This document shows, in pieces, positions 41,372 to 50,108 of a stretch of DNA of 64,000 nucleotides (position 1 is its first letter; every line of letters starts with the position of its first letter). Where the stretch lies: positions 2,204 to 66,203 of the forward strand of contig JAFTKK010000084.1 in NCBI GenBank assembly GCA_017453325.1, read 5' to 3'. The DNA is from Clostridia bacterium. Its GTDB lineage: Bacteria > Bacillota > Clostridia > Oscillospirales > CAG-272. Made by a program: the position numbers and the translations under genes. The notes under the pieces were generated by a model. The model made no database searches and was not told the origin of the DNA. It was given only the letters and a program-made list of their open reading frames with translations.

Positions 41372-42244
41372 TTAAATCTCCCTTATCAGTTCTGCGGGCA
41401 ACAAGGCCTCACATTCATCAAAACCCATGTGCAAGGGGCACGGGGCGAGCAAAACCTCGACCTCCCCCTCGCCGTCACCTACGTCAAGAAAAGCCCAATC
41501 GGGCGCCACGGCCAGCATCATTCCCTCGCCCGTTGCCGTGGCGGCGTGCAGGAGGCGCACACGCCGTGCCATGTCGTGCGGCAAGGCGGTGAGGGCCGTT
41601 ACCCCGCGTGAGAGCAACGCCGCAGCAGAAGCGGGAAAAAGCGTAACAAGCACCTCCTCCCGCACCATAACGACAGGCCTTGCGCTGATGGGATCAAAAA
41701 GCAGATTCGCAGTGTCCACCATGGCCGCAAGGGTGAGCGCGCGCCCCGCCACACCAACACGCAGACGCGCACGCTTTTGCCCCGCCCGCCGCGCAGTCAC
41801 ACGCCCCCACAGAAAGGTGGAAATGCCACCTGCTGCCGCAAGCAAAAAGAAAAGCCCGGAGGACACCTCCTCGCTCCCCGCAAAAACGGGCAGCTCAACG
41901 TGCCTCAGTAAGGACGCCATGCCACTCATAGCGCCACCCACGGCAAACGACACACCGAAATACATCAAAAAAGGCAGAAAAACGCGCACCGTTCTGCGCC
42001 CTTTTTCAAAAAAGGCGAACAGGCACATGAGAAGGCAAACACAGAGATCGGCCAAAAAAGCAACCGCGCCGGACGTCTGCCAAAAAAGCGCAGCTACGGA
42101 ATACATGGCACCAAAGGCAGCCGCCAACGCTGCGCGCCACAAACGAAACGGACGGTGCAGCAGCTTTGCCGTTAAAAACAGGCATTGAAAATCCATGCAA
42201 AAATTGACGAAAAACAAAAGATCGCCCCAAACGGTTTTTTCCAA
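41372..42244 (-). CDS. spoIIGA: sigma-E processing peptidase SpoIIGA
   Basis: Five-TM N-terminal half plus a C-terminal protease half with [10 protein letters not shown]. The ORF is open further upstream. I prefer TTG 42244, 6 nt after GAGGTG; the alternative is ATG 42265. Confidence 0.8.
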   Translation of the reverse strand: MEKTVWGDLLFFVNFCMDFQCLFLTAKLLHRPFRLWRAALAAAFGAMYSVAALFWQTSGAVAFLADLCVCLLMCLFAFFEKGRRTVRVFLPFLMYFGVSFAVGGAMSGMASLLRHVELPVFAGSEEVSSGLFFLLAAAGGISTFLWGRVTARRAGQKRARLRVGVAGRALTLAAMVDTANLLFDPISARPVVMVREEVLVTLFPASAAALLSRGVTALTALPHDMARRVRLLHAATATGEGMMLAVAPDWAFLDVGDGEGEVEVLLAPCPLHMGFDECEALLPAELIREI

Positions 42245-42328
42245 CGCTCTCACCTCGAAGGGCATTGTACCACAATCGGCGTGCAAAGTCTGTCGCTTTT
42301 GGGCAAGGCACAAAAATTCTTGCATGAC

Positions 42329-42359
42329 AAAAGGGGACGAGAAGATCTCGTCCCCTTTT
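42329..42359. terminator. intrinsic terminator after the DUF1015 gene
   Basis: Perfect 13-bp arms AAAAGGGGACGAG / CTCGTCCCCTTTT. Confidence 0.75.
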
Positions 42360-42521
42360 ATAGGTGAATTCAAAGCAAGGAAACGCCGTATGCGCGCTTT
42401 CGAAAGCACGAGAAAAAATCGCGTCAGACAAGGCGTACCGCAGCAGACAGATGATGGCGAACTTACGTTCGGCGAATTTGTCTGCGAGGAACAACGCCGT
42501 ATGACGCGATTTTTTCCGTGT

Positions 42522-43778
42522 TTACTTAATTCTGCGGCACTCAATATAAAACCGCTTATCCTCCGCGTGCCCCATGGAGAAGGTCTTGCGCGGAAGCGCG
42601 CCGTCGTAAATGACGGTGCGGAACAGATCATCCTTTTGCATACCGGTGAAGATGAAGCCGACGGCATCCTCTGCGCGGCAAAGGGTCTCCACGGTCTTGG
42701 TGCCGTGAATATAATCCACCGAGGCGCCCGGATGGCTCTTGATGTAGGCATCAATGAAGGTCTGCAGCGTGCCCACGGTCAGCTGTGCCGAGGGGGAGAT
42801 GAAGTGCATGGTGCCGCGGCGCTTTGCCGACAGGAAGCGCGTTTGCTGAGATGCCGCGTTGCCGTGCAAGGAGTAGGAATATTTTTCGAGCTCGGTGAGC
42901 ACGTCGTCGGGATCCACACCCATCATCACGCGGTAGATCGGCTCAAATTGCAGCGCAGGATCGTGCAGGTTCATCACCTCGACAAGCGCATAGCGGGCGG
43001 GGTGGGAGAGCGCGCTTTCACCGTGTGCTGCCTTGATCTCCTCGTATGCGGCCTTGGCCACGTCGAGAGAATGGTTACCGTCACCCACGGCAAAAAGCAG
43101 GGGCGCCACATCCTCACCGTAGCGTGCACGAATGCGTTCGGGGGACACCAAGCGTGCCAGCGCGTTTTCAATGCGACCGATGCCCACGCTATCCACAAAT
43201 CTGCCGCGCACGGCACCGCTGCCGGGCACAAGCGGGAAATCGTATACCGTTTCGAGCGTATCGGCACGGGCGGCAAGAGGCTCGATCACGGTTTTTTCGG
43301 GGTCATCAATGAGGAGCATCACGTGCGGCAGCTCAAGCACAGCATCGCGGCGCACGGCAAGGCGAGGGGGAATGCGCTCGGGCACGGTCTCCTCGGTGGC
43401 GCGGATCAGCGTGTTGCTGCCGCGCGTATAGTCATATTGCTCAAGATCGATCATGCCGATCAGGCCGCGGCGCACCTTGCCATCGGATTGCTCACGCTCG
43501 AGATAGATCATGCGGTTTTGGTGGCGCACCAGTACCTCGCGCAGATATTTTTCCATGTTTTGCTGTATCACGGGCACGCGCGCCTCGGTCTCACTCAAAA
43601 ACGCCTCGGGCAAAATGAGGCGCAGCGTGCTGGGGGCGTCACCCACGCGCTCATCCAGCTTGTTCCAGTAAGCGGGCTCACCCGTAAACTGGTCGCAGGC
43701 GATGGTAGCCCAAGCGGTGCCGTTCACGGCGGCAAAATCGGGCAGTAAGATATCGGACGGAAACAGATATGCAGACAT
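42522..43778 (-). CDS. DUF1015 family protein
   Basis: 418 aa. N-terminus is MSAYLFPSDILLP...IACDQFT. I recall this pattern from DUF1015 proteins, which have no known function. Confidence 0.65.
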   Translation of the reverse strand: MSAYLFPSDILLPDFAAVNGTAWATIACDQFTGEPAYWNKLDERVGDAPSTLRLILPEAFLSETEARVPVIQQNMEKYLREVLVRHQNRMIYLEREQSDGKVRRGLIGMIDLEQYDYTRGSNTLIRATEETVPERIPPRLAVRRDAVLELPHVMLLIDDPEKTVIEPLAARADTLETVYDFPLVPGSGAVRGRFVDSVGIGRIENALARLVSPERIRARYGEDVAPLLFAVGDGNHSLDVAKAAYEEIKAAHGESALSHPARYALVEVMNLHDPALQFEPIYRVMMGVDPDDVLTELEKYSYSLHGNAASQQTRFLSAKRRGTMHFISPSAQLTVGTLQTFIDAYIKSHPGASVDYIHGTKTVETLCRAEDAVGFIFTGMQKDDLFRTVIYDGALPRKTFSMGHAEDKRFYIECRRIK

Positions 43779-43893
43779 AGGAAACCTCTCTTTTTCGTCA
43801 TTGCTACCATTGTACCATGAAACCCTGCCAAAATCAAGTCGCGTGAAAAATTTTGTGCTTTTTATGTTTTTTTGCTTTTTTCGGTGCTATCCC

Positions 43894-43922
43894 TTGCACA
43901 TTTTGTTCTTCTATGATATAAT
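43894..43922 (+). promoter_or_regulatory. sigma-A type promoter upstream of the ABC exporter gene
   Basis: TTGCAC, 17-nt spacer, TATAAT, with an extended TG. Confidence 0.6.
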
Positions 43923-43960
43923 ATTTTATGTTTTATTTCGTTTTTGAAAGGAGCGCGCGT

Positions 43961-45892
43961 ATGCAACCTGGACGCATGCCCCCGGGGCAATATAAATACG
44001 ACCGCATCAAGCCGCCCACCGGCCCGCTTGATCTGCCGCGCTATTTGAAGGAGCTGCTCGGCGGCTTTTTCTCCCGTCTTTTCTATATTTTCAGCATTGT
44101 TTGGAAAAGCGGCCCCGTTTTCTTGTTTTTGATGTGCTTTATCGCGCTTTTTGACGGCCTGATGCCCGTGGCGGGTGCGCTGCTCTCGGCAAAGATCTTA
44201 AACGAGCTGCAGATCATTATCACCGAAAGTGCTCTTGGTCAAAGCTTTACCCTTGCCGCCTTTTGGGGCTCTATGGTTTTGCTTTTGCTGATCGCCTATT
44301 TTACCTATCGCATTCTCAACAAGGTCGTCACGCGCCTTTCCAACGCCGTGACGCGCATGGCGGGTGAGCGCGTGGTGCGCCACGTGAAGGTCGAGATCAT
44401 GAAAAAAGCACAGGCGCTTGATCTCTCCTCCTTTGACCTGCCCGCCTTTTACGAAAAGCTGGAAAATGCCAACCGAGAGGCAGGCAACCGTCCCATTCAC
44501 ATATTAAGCTCTACCTTCAACGTCATCAGCACCGTGATCTCGCTGGCCGGCTACGTGGTGATCTTGGCCTCTGCCCTGCCCTTGGCGGCGCTCGCCATTG
44601 CCCTCGCGGCGGTGCCCTCCGCCATTGTCAATTTTATCTATCGCCGCAAGTCCTTTGCGTATATGCGCGGGCGGTCGGTAGATCGCAGACAAATGAACTA
44701 CTACGCCGAGCTTGCCGTCAATAAGGATTTAGCCAAGGAGATCCGTATGTACGATCTCGGCGACGAGCTGACCGAGCGCTACAACTCGGTGTTTGAAAAA
44801 TATTATAAGGGGTTACGCCGCCTGATCGTGCGCGAAAACGTCTGGCAGATCGCCTTTGCGGTGCTCTCCTCCCTGCTCTCCTGCTTCTTCTTTGCCTATA
44901 TTGCCTGGGGCGTCTTTGAGGGCGCTTACCTCATCGGTGATTATTCGCTTTACACGGGCGCGCTCACCTCGATCTCCTCGTCGGTCACTACGCTGATCAC
45001 CACCTCGGCTACCATTTACGAGGGCACGCTGTTTATTGACAATCTTCTGTCCTTCCTCAAGGAAAAGAACTATGTCGTTCACCGCGGCAAGGAGCCGCGT
45101 CACGTCACGCACGGCACGCAGCACACCGTGGAATTCCGCCACGTATCCTTTGCCTACCCCGGCACGACCCGACCCGTGATTGACGATCTGAGCCTTTACC
45201 TCCGCCCCGGCGAGACCGTGGCACTTGTCGGCCTCAACGGCGCGGGCAAAACAACGCTCATTAAGCTTCTTACCCGTCTTTACGATCCGACCGAGGGCGA
45301 GATCCTGCTCGACGGCTACGATCTGCGCGACTATGACGTCAAGGAGCTGCGACGCCTGTTTGGCATCGTCTTTCAGGACTTTGGCAAGTATGCCTTTACC
45401 GTGCGGGATAACATCCGCCTCGGCAACCTTTCTCGCGACGGAACCGAAGACGAAATCAAGCAAGCGGCTACCCGTGCGGGAGCCGACTCCTTTATCGACA
45501 AGCTGAGCAGCGGCTACGACACCAACCTCATGCGCTATTTCGACCGCGACGGCACCGAGCTCTCGGGCGGCCAATGGCAGAAGCTGTCACTCGCCCGCGC
45601 CTTTTACAGCGACGCCGATATCATTATTCTCGACGAGCCCACCGCCTCGCTTGACCCCTTGGCCGAGCAGGAGGTCTTCCGCCGCTTTGACGAGCTGCGC
45701 GGCAACAAAACCACCGTATTTGTTTCGCACCGCCTCTCCTCCGCCACCATTGCCTCTAAGATCGTGGTGCTGGAAAACGGCCGTGTGGCCGAAGAGGGCA
45801 CGCACCGCGAGCTGATGGATCTTGACGGCAAATACGCCTCTTTGTTCCGCGTGCAGGCCGAGCGTTACCTCGCGGAAAACGAAACAAAATGA
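43961..45892 (+). CDS. ABC exporter, fused permease/ATP-binding protein (MsbA/MdlB-like)
   Basis: ATG 43961 follows a GAAAGGAG RBS. It has 6 TM segments plus an NBD (GLNGAGKTT, LSGGQWQK, ILDEPT). Confidence 0.88.
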   Translation: MQPGRMPPGQYKYDRIKPPTGPLDLPRYLKELLGGFFSRLFYIFSIVWKSGPVFLFLMCFIALFDGLMPVAGALLSAKILNELQIIITESALGQSFTLAAFWGSMVLLLLIAYFTYRILNKVVTRLSNAVTRMAGERVVRHVKVEIMKKAQALDLSSFDLPAFYEKLENANREAGNRPIHILSSTFNVISTVISLAGYVVILASALPLAALAIALAAVPSAIVNFIYRRKSFAYMRGRSVDRRQMNYYAELAVNKDLAKEIRMYDLGDELTERYNSVFEKYYKGLRRLIVRENVWQIAFAVLSSLLSCFFFAYIAWGVFEGAYLIGDYSLYTGALTSISSSVTTLITTSATIYEGTLFIDNLLSFLKEKNYVVHRGKEPRHVTHGTQHTVEFRHVSFAYPGTTRPVIDDLSLYLRPGETVALVGLNGAGKTTLIKLLTRLYDPTEGEILLDGYDLRDYDVKELRRLFGIVFQDFGKYAFTVRDNIRLGNLSRDGTEDEIKQAATRAGADSFIDKLSSGYDTNLMRYFDRDGTELSGGQWQKLSLARAFYSDADIIILDEPTASLDPLAEQEVFRRFDELRGNKTTVFVSHRLSSATIASKIVVLENGRVAEEGTHRELMDLDGKYASLFRVQAERYLAENETK

Positions 45893-45963
45893 GCTTTCCC
45901 TCTTGACACGAACCCCCAAAAACACATATAATATCTTTGTTATTCTATTTGAAGGAGTCCAAT

Positions 45964-47280
45964 ATGCAAACCAAAGTTGTCAAATTCGGCGGCAGCTCGC
46001 TCGCCGATGCCCAGCATTTCAGACAAGTAGCCGATATCATCAAGGCTGATCCCGCACGCCGCTTTGTGGTGCCCTCCGCACCCGGCAAGCGTCATAAAAA
46101 CGATACCAAGGTCACCGATATGCTCTACCATTGCTACGAGATGATCCGCAACCACGAGAACATCGATGCCTTTTACGAGGAGATCGCAGAGCGCTATAAT
46201 TCCATCATCCGCGAGCTCGGCATGAATTTTGATATGTCGGGTGAGCTTGCCTACGTCAAGAACGCCATGCTGCACGCCTCCGGCCGTGACTACGCCGCTT
46301 CGCGCGGTGAGTACCTCAACGGCATCATCCTCGCCAAATACCTCGGCTTTGATTTTGTGGATGCCGAAAACGTCATTTTCTTCCGCGATAACGGTTCCTT
46401 TGATGAGGAGCGCACCAACGAGGTACTGGCCGACGAGCTGCGCCGCCACAAAAATGCCGTCATCCCCGGCTTTTACGGCTGCATGCCCAACGGCACCATC
46501 AAGACCTTCTCCCGCGGCGGCTCGGATATCACGGGCGCCATCGTTGCGCGCGCCGTTGAGGCCGATCTCTACGAAAACTGGACCGACGTATCGGGCTTTA
46601 TGATGGGTGACCCCCGTCTGCTTGACAACCCGCCCCCCATTGACACCATCACCTACCAGGAGCTCCGCGAGCTTTCCTATATGGGTGCAACCGTTTTGCA
46701 CGACGAGTCGATCTTCCCCGTGCGCTACGCGGGTATCCCGATCAACATCCGCAATACCAACGCCCCCGCCGACAAGGGCACGATGATCGTTTCCTCTGCC
46801 GAGACCTATGATACCAAGCGCGTCATTACGGGTCTTGCCGGCAAGAAGGGCTTTTCTGTCATCAATATCGAAAAGGATCGCATGAACGCCGAGATCGGCT
46901 TTGGCCGCCGCGTACTGGAGATCCTTGAGGACAACGGCGTTTCCTTTGAGCACCTGCCCTCGGGCATTGACACCATGAGCATTGTGGTGGCTACCTCCGC
47001 GCTGGAGGGTCGCCGCGAGCGCATCCTGCAAAGCATTACCCGCCAGGTCAAGGCAGACCACGTGGAGATCCTTGACGGGCTTTGCCTGATTGCCGTGGTA
47101 GGTCGCGGCATGGTCAAGGCACGCGGCACCGCTGCGCGCATATTTGACGCCATTTACAATGCCGGCGTTAACATCCGCATGATCGATCAGGGCTCGAGCG
47201 AGCTCAACATCATCATCGGCGTGAACGAAGAGGATTACGAAAAGGCACTGGTTGCCATTTTCAACGAATTTGTAAAGTGA
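45964..47280 (+). CDS. aspartate kinase
   Basis: ATG 45964 (MQTKVVKFGGSSLAD). It has an amino-acid kinase domain plus two C-terminal ACT domains. Confidence 0.9.
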   Translation: MQTKVVKFGGSSLADAQHFRQVADIIKADPARRFVVPSAPGKRHKNDTKVTDMLYHCYEMIRNHENIDAFYEEIAERYNSIIRELGMNFDMSGELAYVKNAMLHASGRDYAASRGEYLNGIILAKYLGFDFVDAENVIFFRDNGSFDEERTNEVLADELRRHKNAVIPGFYGCMPNGTIKTFSRGGSDITGAIVARAVEADLYENWTDVSGFMMGDPRLLDNPPPIDTITYQELRELSYMGATVLHDESIFPVRYAGIPINIRNTNAPADKGTMIVSSAETYDTKRVITGLAGKKGFSVINIEKDRMNAEIGFGRRVLEILEDNGVSFEHLPSGIDTMSIVVATSALEGRRERILQSITRQVKADHVEILDGLCLIAVVGRGMVKARGTAARIFDAIYNAGVNIRMIDQGSSELNIIIGVNEEDYEKALVAIFNEFVK

Positions 47281-47289
47281 GGGCACGTG

Positions 47290-47628
47290 ATGGATTGCCT
47301 GTTTTGTAAGATCATTGCAGGGGAGATCCCCTCTGCCAAGGTATATGAAAACGAGTATGTGTACGCCTTTCGCGACATCGCACCGCAGACACCCGTGCAC
47401 GTGCTGATCGTGCCCAAGGTACACGTTTGCTGCGCGGACGACATCAACGCGGAGAACAGCCTTTACGTGGCAAAAATCTTTGAGGCGGTGCCCGAGATTG
47501 CCAAGGCCGAGGGACTGACGAACGGCTATCGCGTGATCACCAACTGCGGTGAGGACGCTTGCCAGACCGTCAAGCATCTGCACTTCCACCTGATGGGCGG
47601 CCGCAAGCTGCAGGGCGAAATGGGTTAA
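47290..47628 (+). CDS. HIT-family (histidine triad) protein
   Basis: 112 aa with CLFCKII and the triad HLHFHLMGG. Confidence 0.9.
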   Translation: MDCLFCKIIAGEIPSAKVYENEYVYAFRDIAPQTPVHVLIVPKVHVCCADDINAENSLYVAKIFEAVPEIAKAEGLTNGYRVITNCGEDACQTVKHLHFHLMGGRKLQGEMG

Positions 47629-47632
47629 CAGC

Positions 47633-48733
47633 ATGAGCGAACCGACCTTTGATACACTCCACACTCTACCCGAGCTTTGGGAGCAGCTCGCGCGGGAAAC
47701 GCGCGACATCTGGCTTTACGGCATGGGCAACGGTGCGGATAAGATTCTGGCGGTTCTCGAAAACAGAGGAATTTCCGTGCGCGGCGTTTTTGCCAGCGAC
47801 GGATTCGTGCGCGGGCAGGTCTTTCACGGCATGCCCGTGCGCTCTTTTTCCGAGGTGTCCGCCACCTACCCGGCTAACGGTTGCGTGGTGCTCCTTGCCT
47901 TTGGCACGGCGCGCGAGGATGTGCTGGCTCTGATCGAGGGTGTGGCCGCGCGCTATCCCCTTTTTGTGCCGGATGTGCCTGTTTGCGGTGAAGCGCTGTT
48001 TGACAAAAATTATTTTCTTGCGCACCGAGAGGAGCTGGCCGCCGCACGCGCGCTGCTTGCAGACGAGACCTCGCGCCGTATCTTCGACCTCACACTTGCT
48101 TATAAGCTGACAGGGCGTTACGACCTTCTGATGGCAGCCACCGACGACCGGACGCGCGAGGAGGCGCTGATGAACTACGCCACCGTGCGCTGCATGGCCG
48201 ATTTCGGTGCTTATAACGGCGATACCGCACGCGCCATGCTGGAAAGGGCCCCCTTGGCTGAGATCTTTGCCGTAGAGCCGGACAAGCGCAATTTCCGCAA
48301 GCTTGACGCATGGGCGAAAACCGTAACGCCGTGCCGTGTGATCCCCCATCACGCAGCGGTGTTTGACCGTGACGGCAGCGCAGCCTTTGATGCTTCGGGC
48401 AACCGCAATGCAGGGCTTTGCACGGGTCGCGAGCGGGAAAGCGAGACCGTCCCCACCGTCACAGCCGACACGCTGCTTTCGGACGCGAAGCCGGACTTCA
48501 TCAAATATGACGTGGAGGGCGCCGAAGCAGCAGCGCTGCGCGGCACCGCAGCTACCCTCGCGAGATGCAGCCCGCGCCTGAAAGTGGCTTGCTATCACCG
48601 CAGTGAGGATCTGTTTGCTCTGCCGCTGCTCCTGCACACGCTTGCCCCCAATCACAGGCTTTATCTCACCCGCCATGCCTCGGTGCCGGCGTGGGATCTC
48701 GATCTGCTGGCAGTACCATATATCATAATATAA
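47633..48733 (+). CDS. FkbM-family methyltransferase with N-terminal Rossmann-like extension
   Basis: 366 aa. The C-terminal half has FGAYNGDT and FIKYDVEGAE, typical of FkbM methyltransferases. The N-terminal ~150 aa (WLYGMGNGADKIL) form a separate domain. Confidence 0.7.
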   Translation: MSEPTFDTLHTLPELWEQLARETRDIWLYGMGNGADKILAVLENRGISVRGVFASDGFVRGQVFHGMPVRSFSEVSATYPANGCVVLLAFGTAREDVLALIEGVAARYPLFVPDVPVCGEALFDKNYFLAHREELAAARALLADETSRRIFDLTLAYKLTGRYDLLMAATDDRTREEALMNYATVRCMADFGAYNGDTARAMLERAPLAEIFAVEPDKRNFRKLDAWAKTVTPCRVIPHHAAVFDRDGSAAFDASGNRNAGLCTGRERESETVPTVTADTLLSDAKPDFIKYDVEGAEAAALRGTAATLARCSPRLKVACYHRSEDLFALPLLLHTLAPNHRLYLTRHASVPAWDLDLLAVPYIII

Positions 48734-48775
48734 TATAACAATTTGTAAATTTTTCAAAAGATTTTGAAATAGCTA

Positions 48776-48804
48776 TTGACAGTCTAAGGAATTTATGTTA
48801 TAAT
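48776..48804 (+). promoter_or_regulatory. consensus sigma-A promoter of rpsF-ssb-rpsR
   Basis: TTGACA, 17-nt spacer, TATAAT, about 100 nt upstream of rpsF. Confidence 0.7.
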
Positions 48805-48902
48805 GTCGAACCGATGCGGGAAATTTGCTGCAAGCAGTTCCCCGTCTCCTTACTGCGCAAATCATAGGCGCGGTCAATAAAAGTCCATAGGGAGGTATAA
48901 AA

Positions 48903-49277
48903 ATGGAAAAGGTTATCAACTCTTACGAAACTCTGTTCATCGTTGATGTAACGGGCGGCGAGGAGGCTACCAAGGCAACTGTGACCAAGTTTACCGACAT
49001 CATTGCCAAGAATGCCGAGATCGTTGAAGTTGCCGAGTGGGGCAAGCGCCGTCTTGCATACCCCATCAACGATATGCCCGAAGGCTACTACGTTGTGGTT
49101 ACCTTCAAGGCAGAGCCCGCGTTCCCCGCAGAGCTTGAGCGTCTTTACAACATTGATGAAAGCGTCATGCGCTCCATCGTTGTAAAGCTCGATTACGAAG
49201 CAGTTGCTAAGGCCGAGGAAGCTGTTGAAGCACCCGCCGCAGCCGCTGAAGAAGCAACCGAAGAAGTTACCGAATAA
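48903..49277 (+). CDS. rpsF: 30S ribosomal protein S6
   Basis: Starts MEKVINSYETLFIV, later WGKRRLAYPI, with an acidic C-terminal tail. Confidence 0.95.
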   Translation: MEKVINSYETLFIVDVTGGEEATKATVTKFTDIIAKNAEIVEVAEWGKRRLAYPINDMPEGYYVVVTFKAEPAFPAELERLYNIDESVMRSIVVKLDYEAVAKAEEAVEAPAAAAEEATEEVTE

Positions 49278-49300
49278 TTCACAACACGGAGGCGTTTGAT

Positions 49301-49768
49301 ATGTCCAGTCTGAATCTCAACAAGGTCGTTCTTTGCGGCAGACTTACCGCCGACCCCGAACTCAAGCAAACTCAAAGCGGCATTGCCGTGGTTACTTTTA
49401 CTCTGGCTGTCAATCGCAGATTTCAAGCAAGATCTGCCGATGCGCAACAGGCACAGCAGGCTGATTTCATCACCCTCGTTGCTTGGCGACAGACCGCAGA
49501 ATTCATTTCCAAGTTCTTTAAGAAGGGCTCCGCTCTTTGCGTGACCGGCTCCATCCAGACCAGATCCTGGCAGGATAATCAGGGCCAGCGTCGCTATGCG
49601 ACCGAGGTCGTTGTTGACGAGGCTATGTTCGTTGACAGCCGCAATGAGGCAGGTGCCTCCGGCAGCTATACGCCCGATGCGTACGGTGCCGCCCCCGCTT
49701 TCTCTACTCCCGCGGCCGCTGCGCCCAACTTTGAGGAGCTGAAAGCAGACGACGATCTGCCCTTCTGA
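49301..49768 (+). CDS. ssb: single-stranded DNA-binding protein
   Basis: OB fold (LNKVVLCGRLTADPELKQT) and a C-terminal DDDLPF tip. Confidence 0.95.
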   Translation: MSSLNLNKVVLCGRLTADPELKQTQSGIAVVTFTLAVNRRFQARSADAQQAQQADFITLVAWRQTAEFISKFFKKGSALCVTGSIQTRSWQDNQGQRRYATEVVVDEAMFVDSRNEAGASGSYTPDAYGAAPAFSTPAAAAPNFEELKADDDLPF

Positions 49769-49803
49769 CAGATCAACTAAATTTATAGGAGGATTGTTCA
49801 ATT

Positions 49804-50058
49804 ATGGATAGAACCGAAGTTGTGGCACGCCCTGCGCGCCCCATGAACCGTAAGAGAAAAAAGGTTTGCATTTTCTGTGCGGACAAAGTTCAGTTTATCG
49901 ATTACAAGGATACCGCTAAACTGCGCAAATTCATCAGCGAGCGCGGCAAGATCCTGCCCCGCCGTATTTCCGGCGCTTGCGCAAAGCATCAGCGCGAGCT
50001 CAATACCGCCATCAAGCGTTCCCGTCAGGTAGCTCTGCTGCCCTACGTGACCGACTAA
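49804..50058 (+). CDS. rpsR: 30S ribosomal protein S18
   Basis: Contains [36 protein letters not shown] and CAKHQREL. Confidence 0.95.
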   Translation: MDRTEVVARPARPMNRKRKKVCIFCADKVQFIDYKDTAKLRKFISERGKILPRRISGACAKHQRELNTAIKRSRQVALLPYVTD

Positions 50059-50064
50059 TGACAG

Positions 50065-50108
50065 CATAACAAAACGCCCTGCACCATTGGTGCAGGGCGT
50101 TTTGTTAT
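50065..50108. terminator. bidirectional intrinsic terminator
   Basis: Perfect palindrome ATAACAAAACGCCCTGCACCA / TGGTGCAGGGCGTTTTGTTAT. The lnt stop codon lies inside the right arm. Confidence 0.85.

Noticed and set aside
41372-42754. 460-aa version of the spoIIGA ORF, and likewise the 450-aa version of the rluD-like ORF (51765-53117), the 481-aa aroA ORF from 1484, and the 571-aa spoVB ORF from 11784.
   Set aside because: The upstream extensions run across terminators, promoters or neighbouring genes. They have no RBS and encode Arg/Ser/Pro-rich junk. Internal starts with good RBS or overlap signals give family-typical lengths.
43190-43198. DnaA-box-like CTATCCACA.
   Set aside because: It is a single 8/9 match inside the DUF1015 coding sequence, with no cluster, no AT-rich unwinding element and no dnaA or dnaN nearby.
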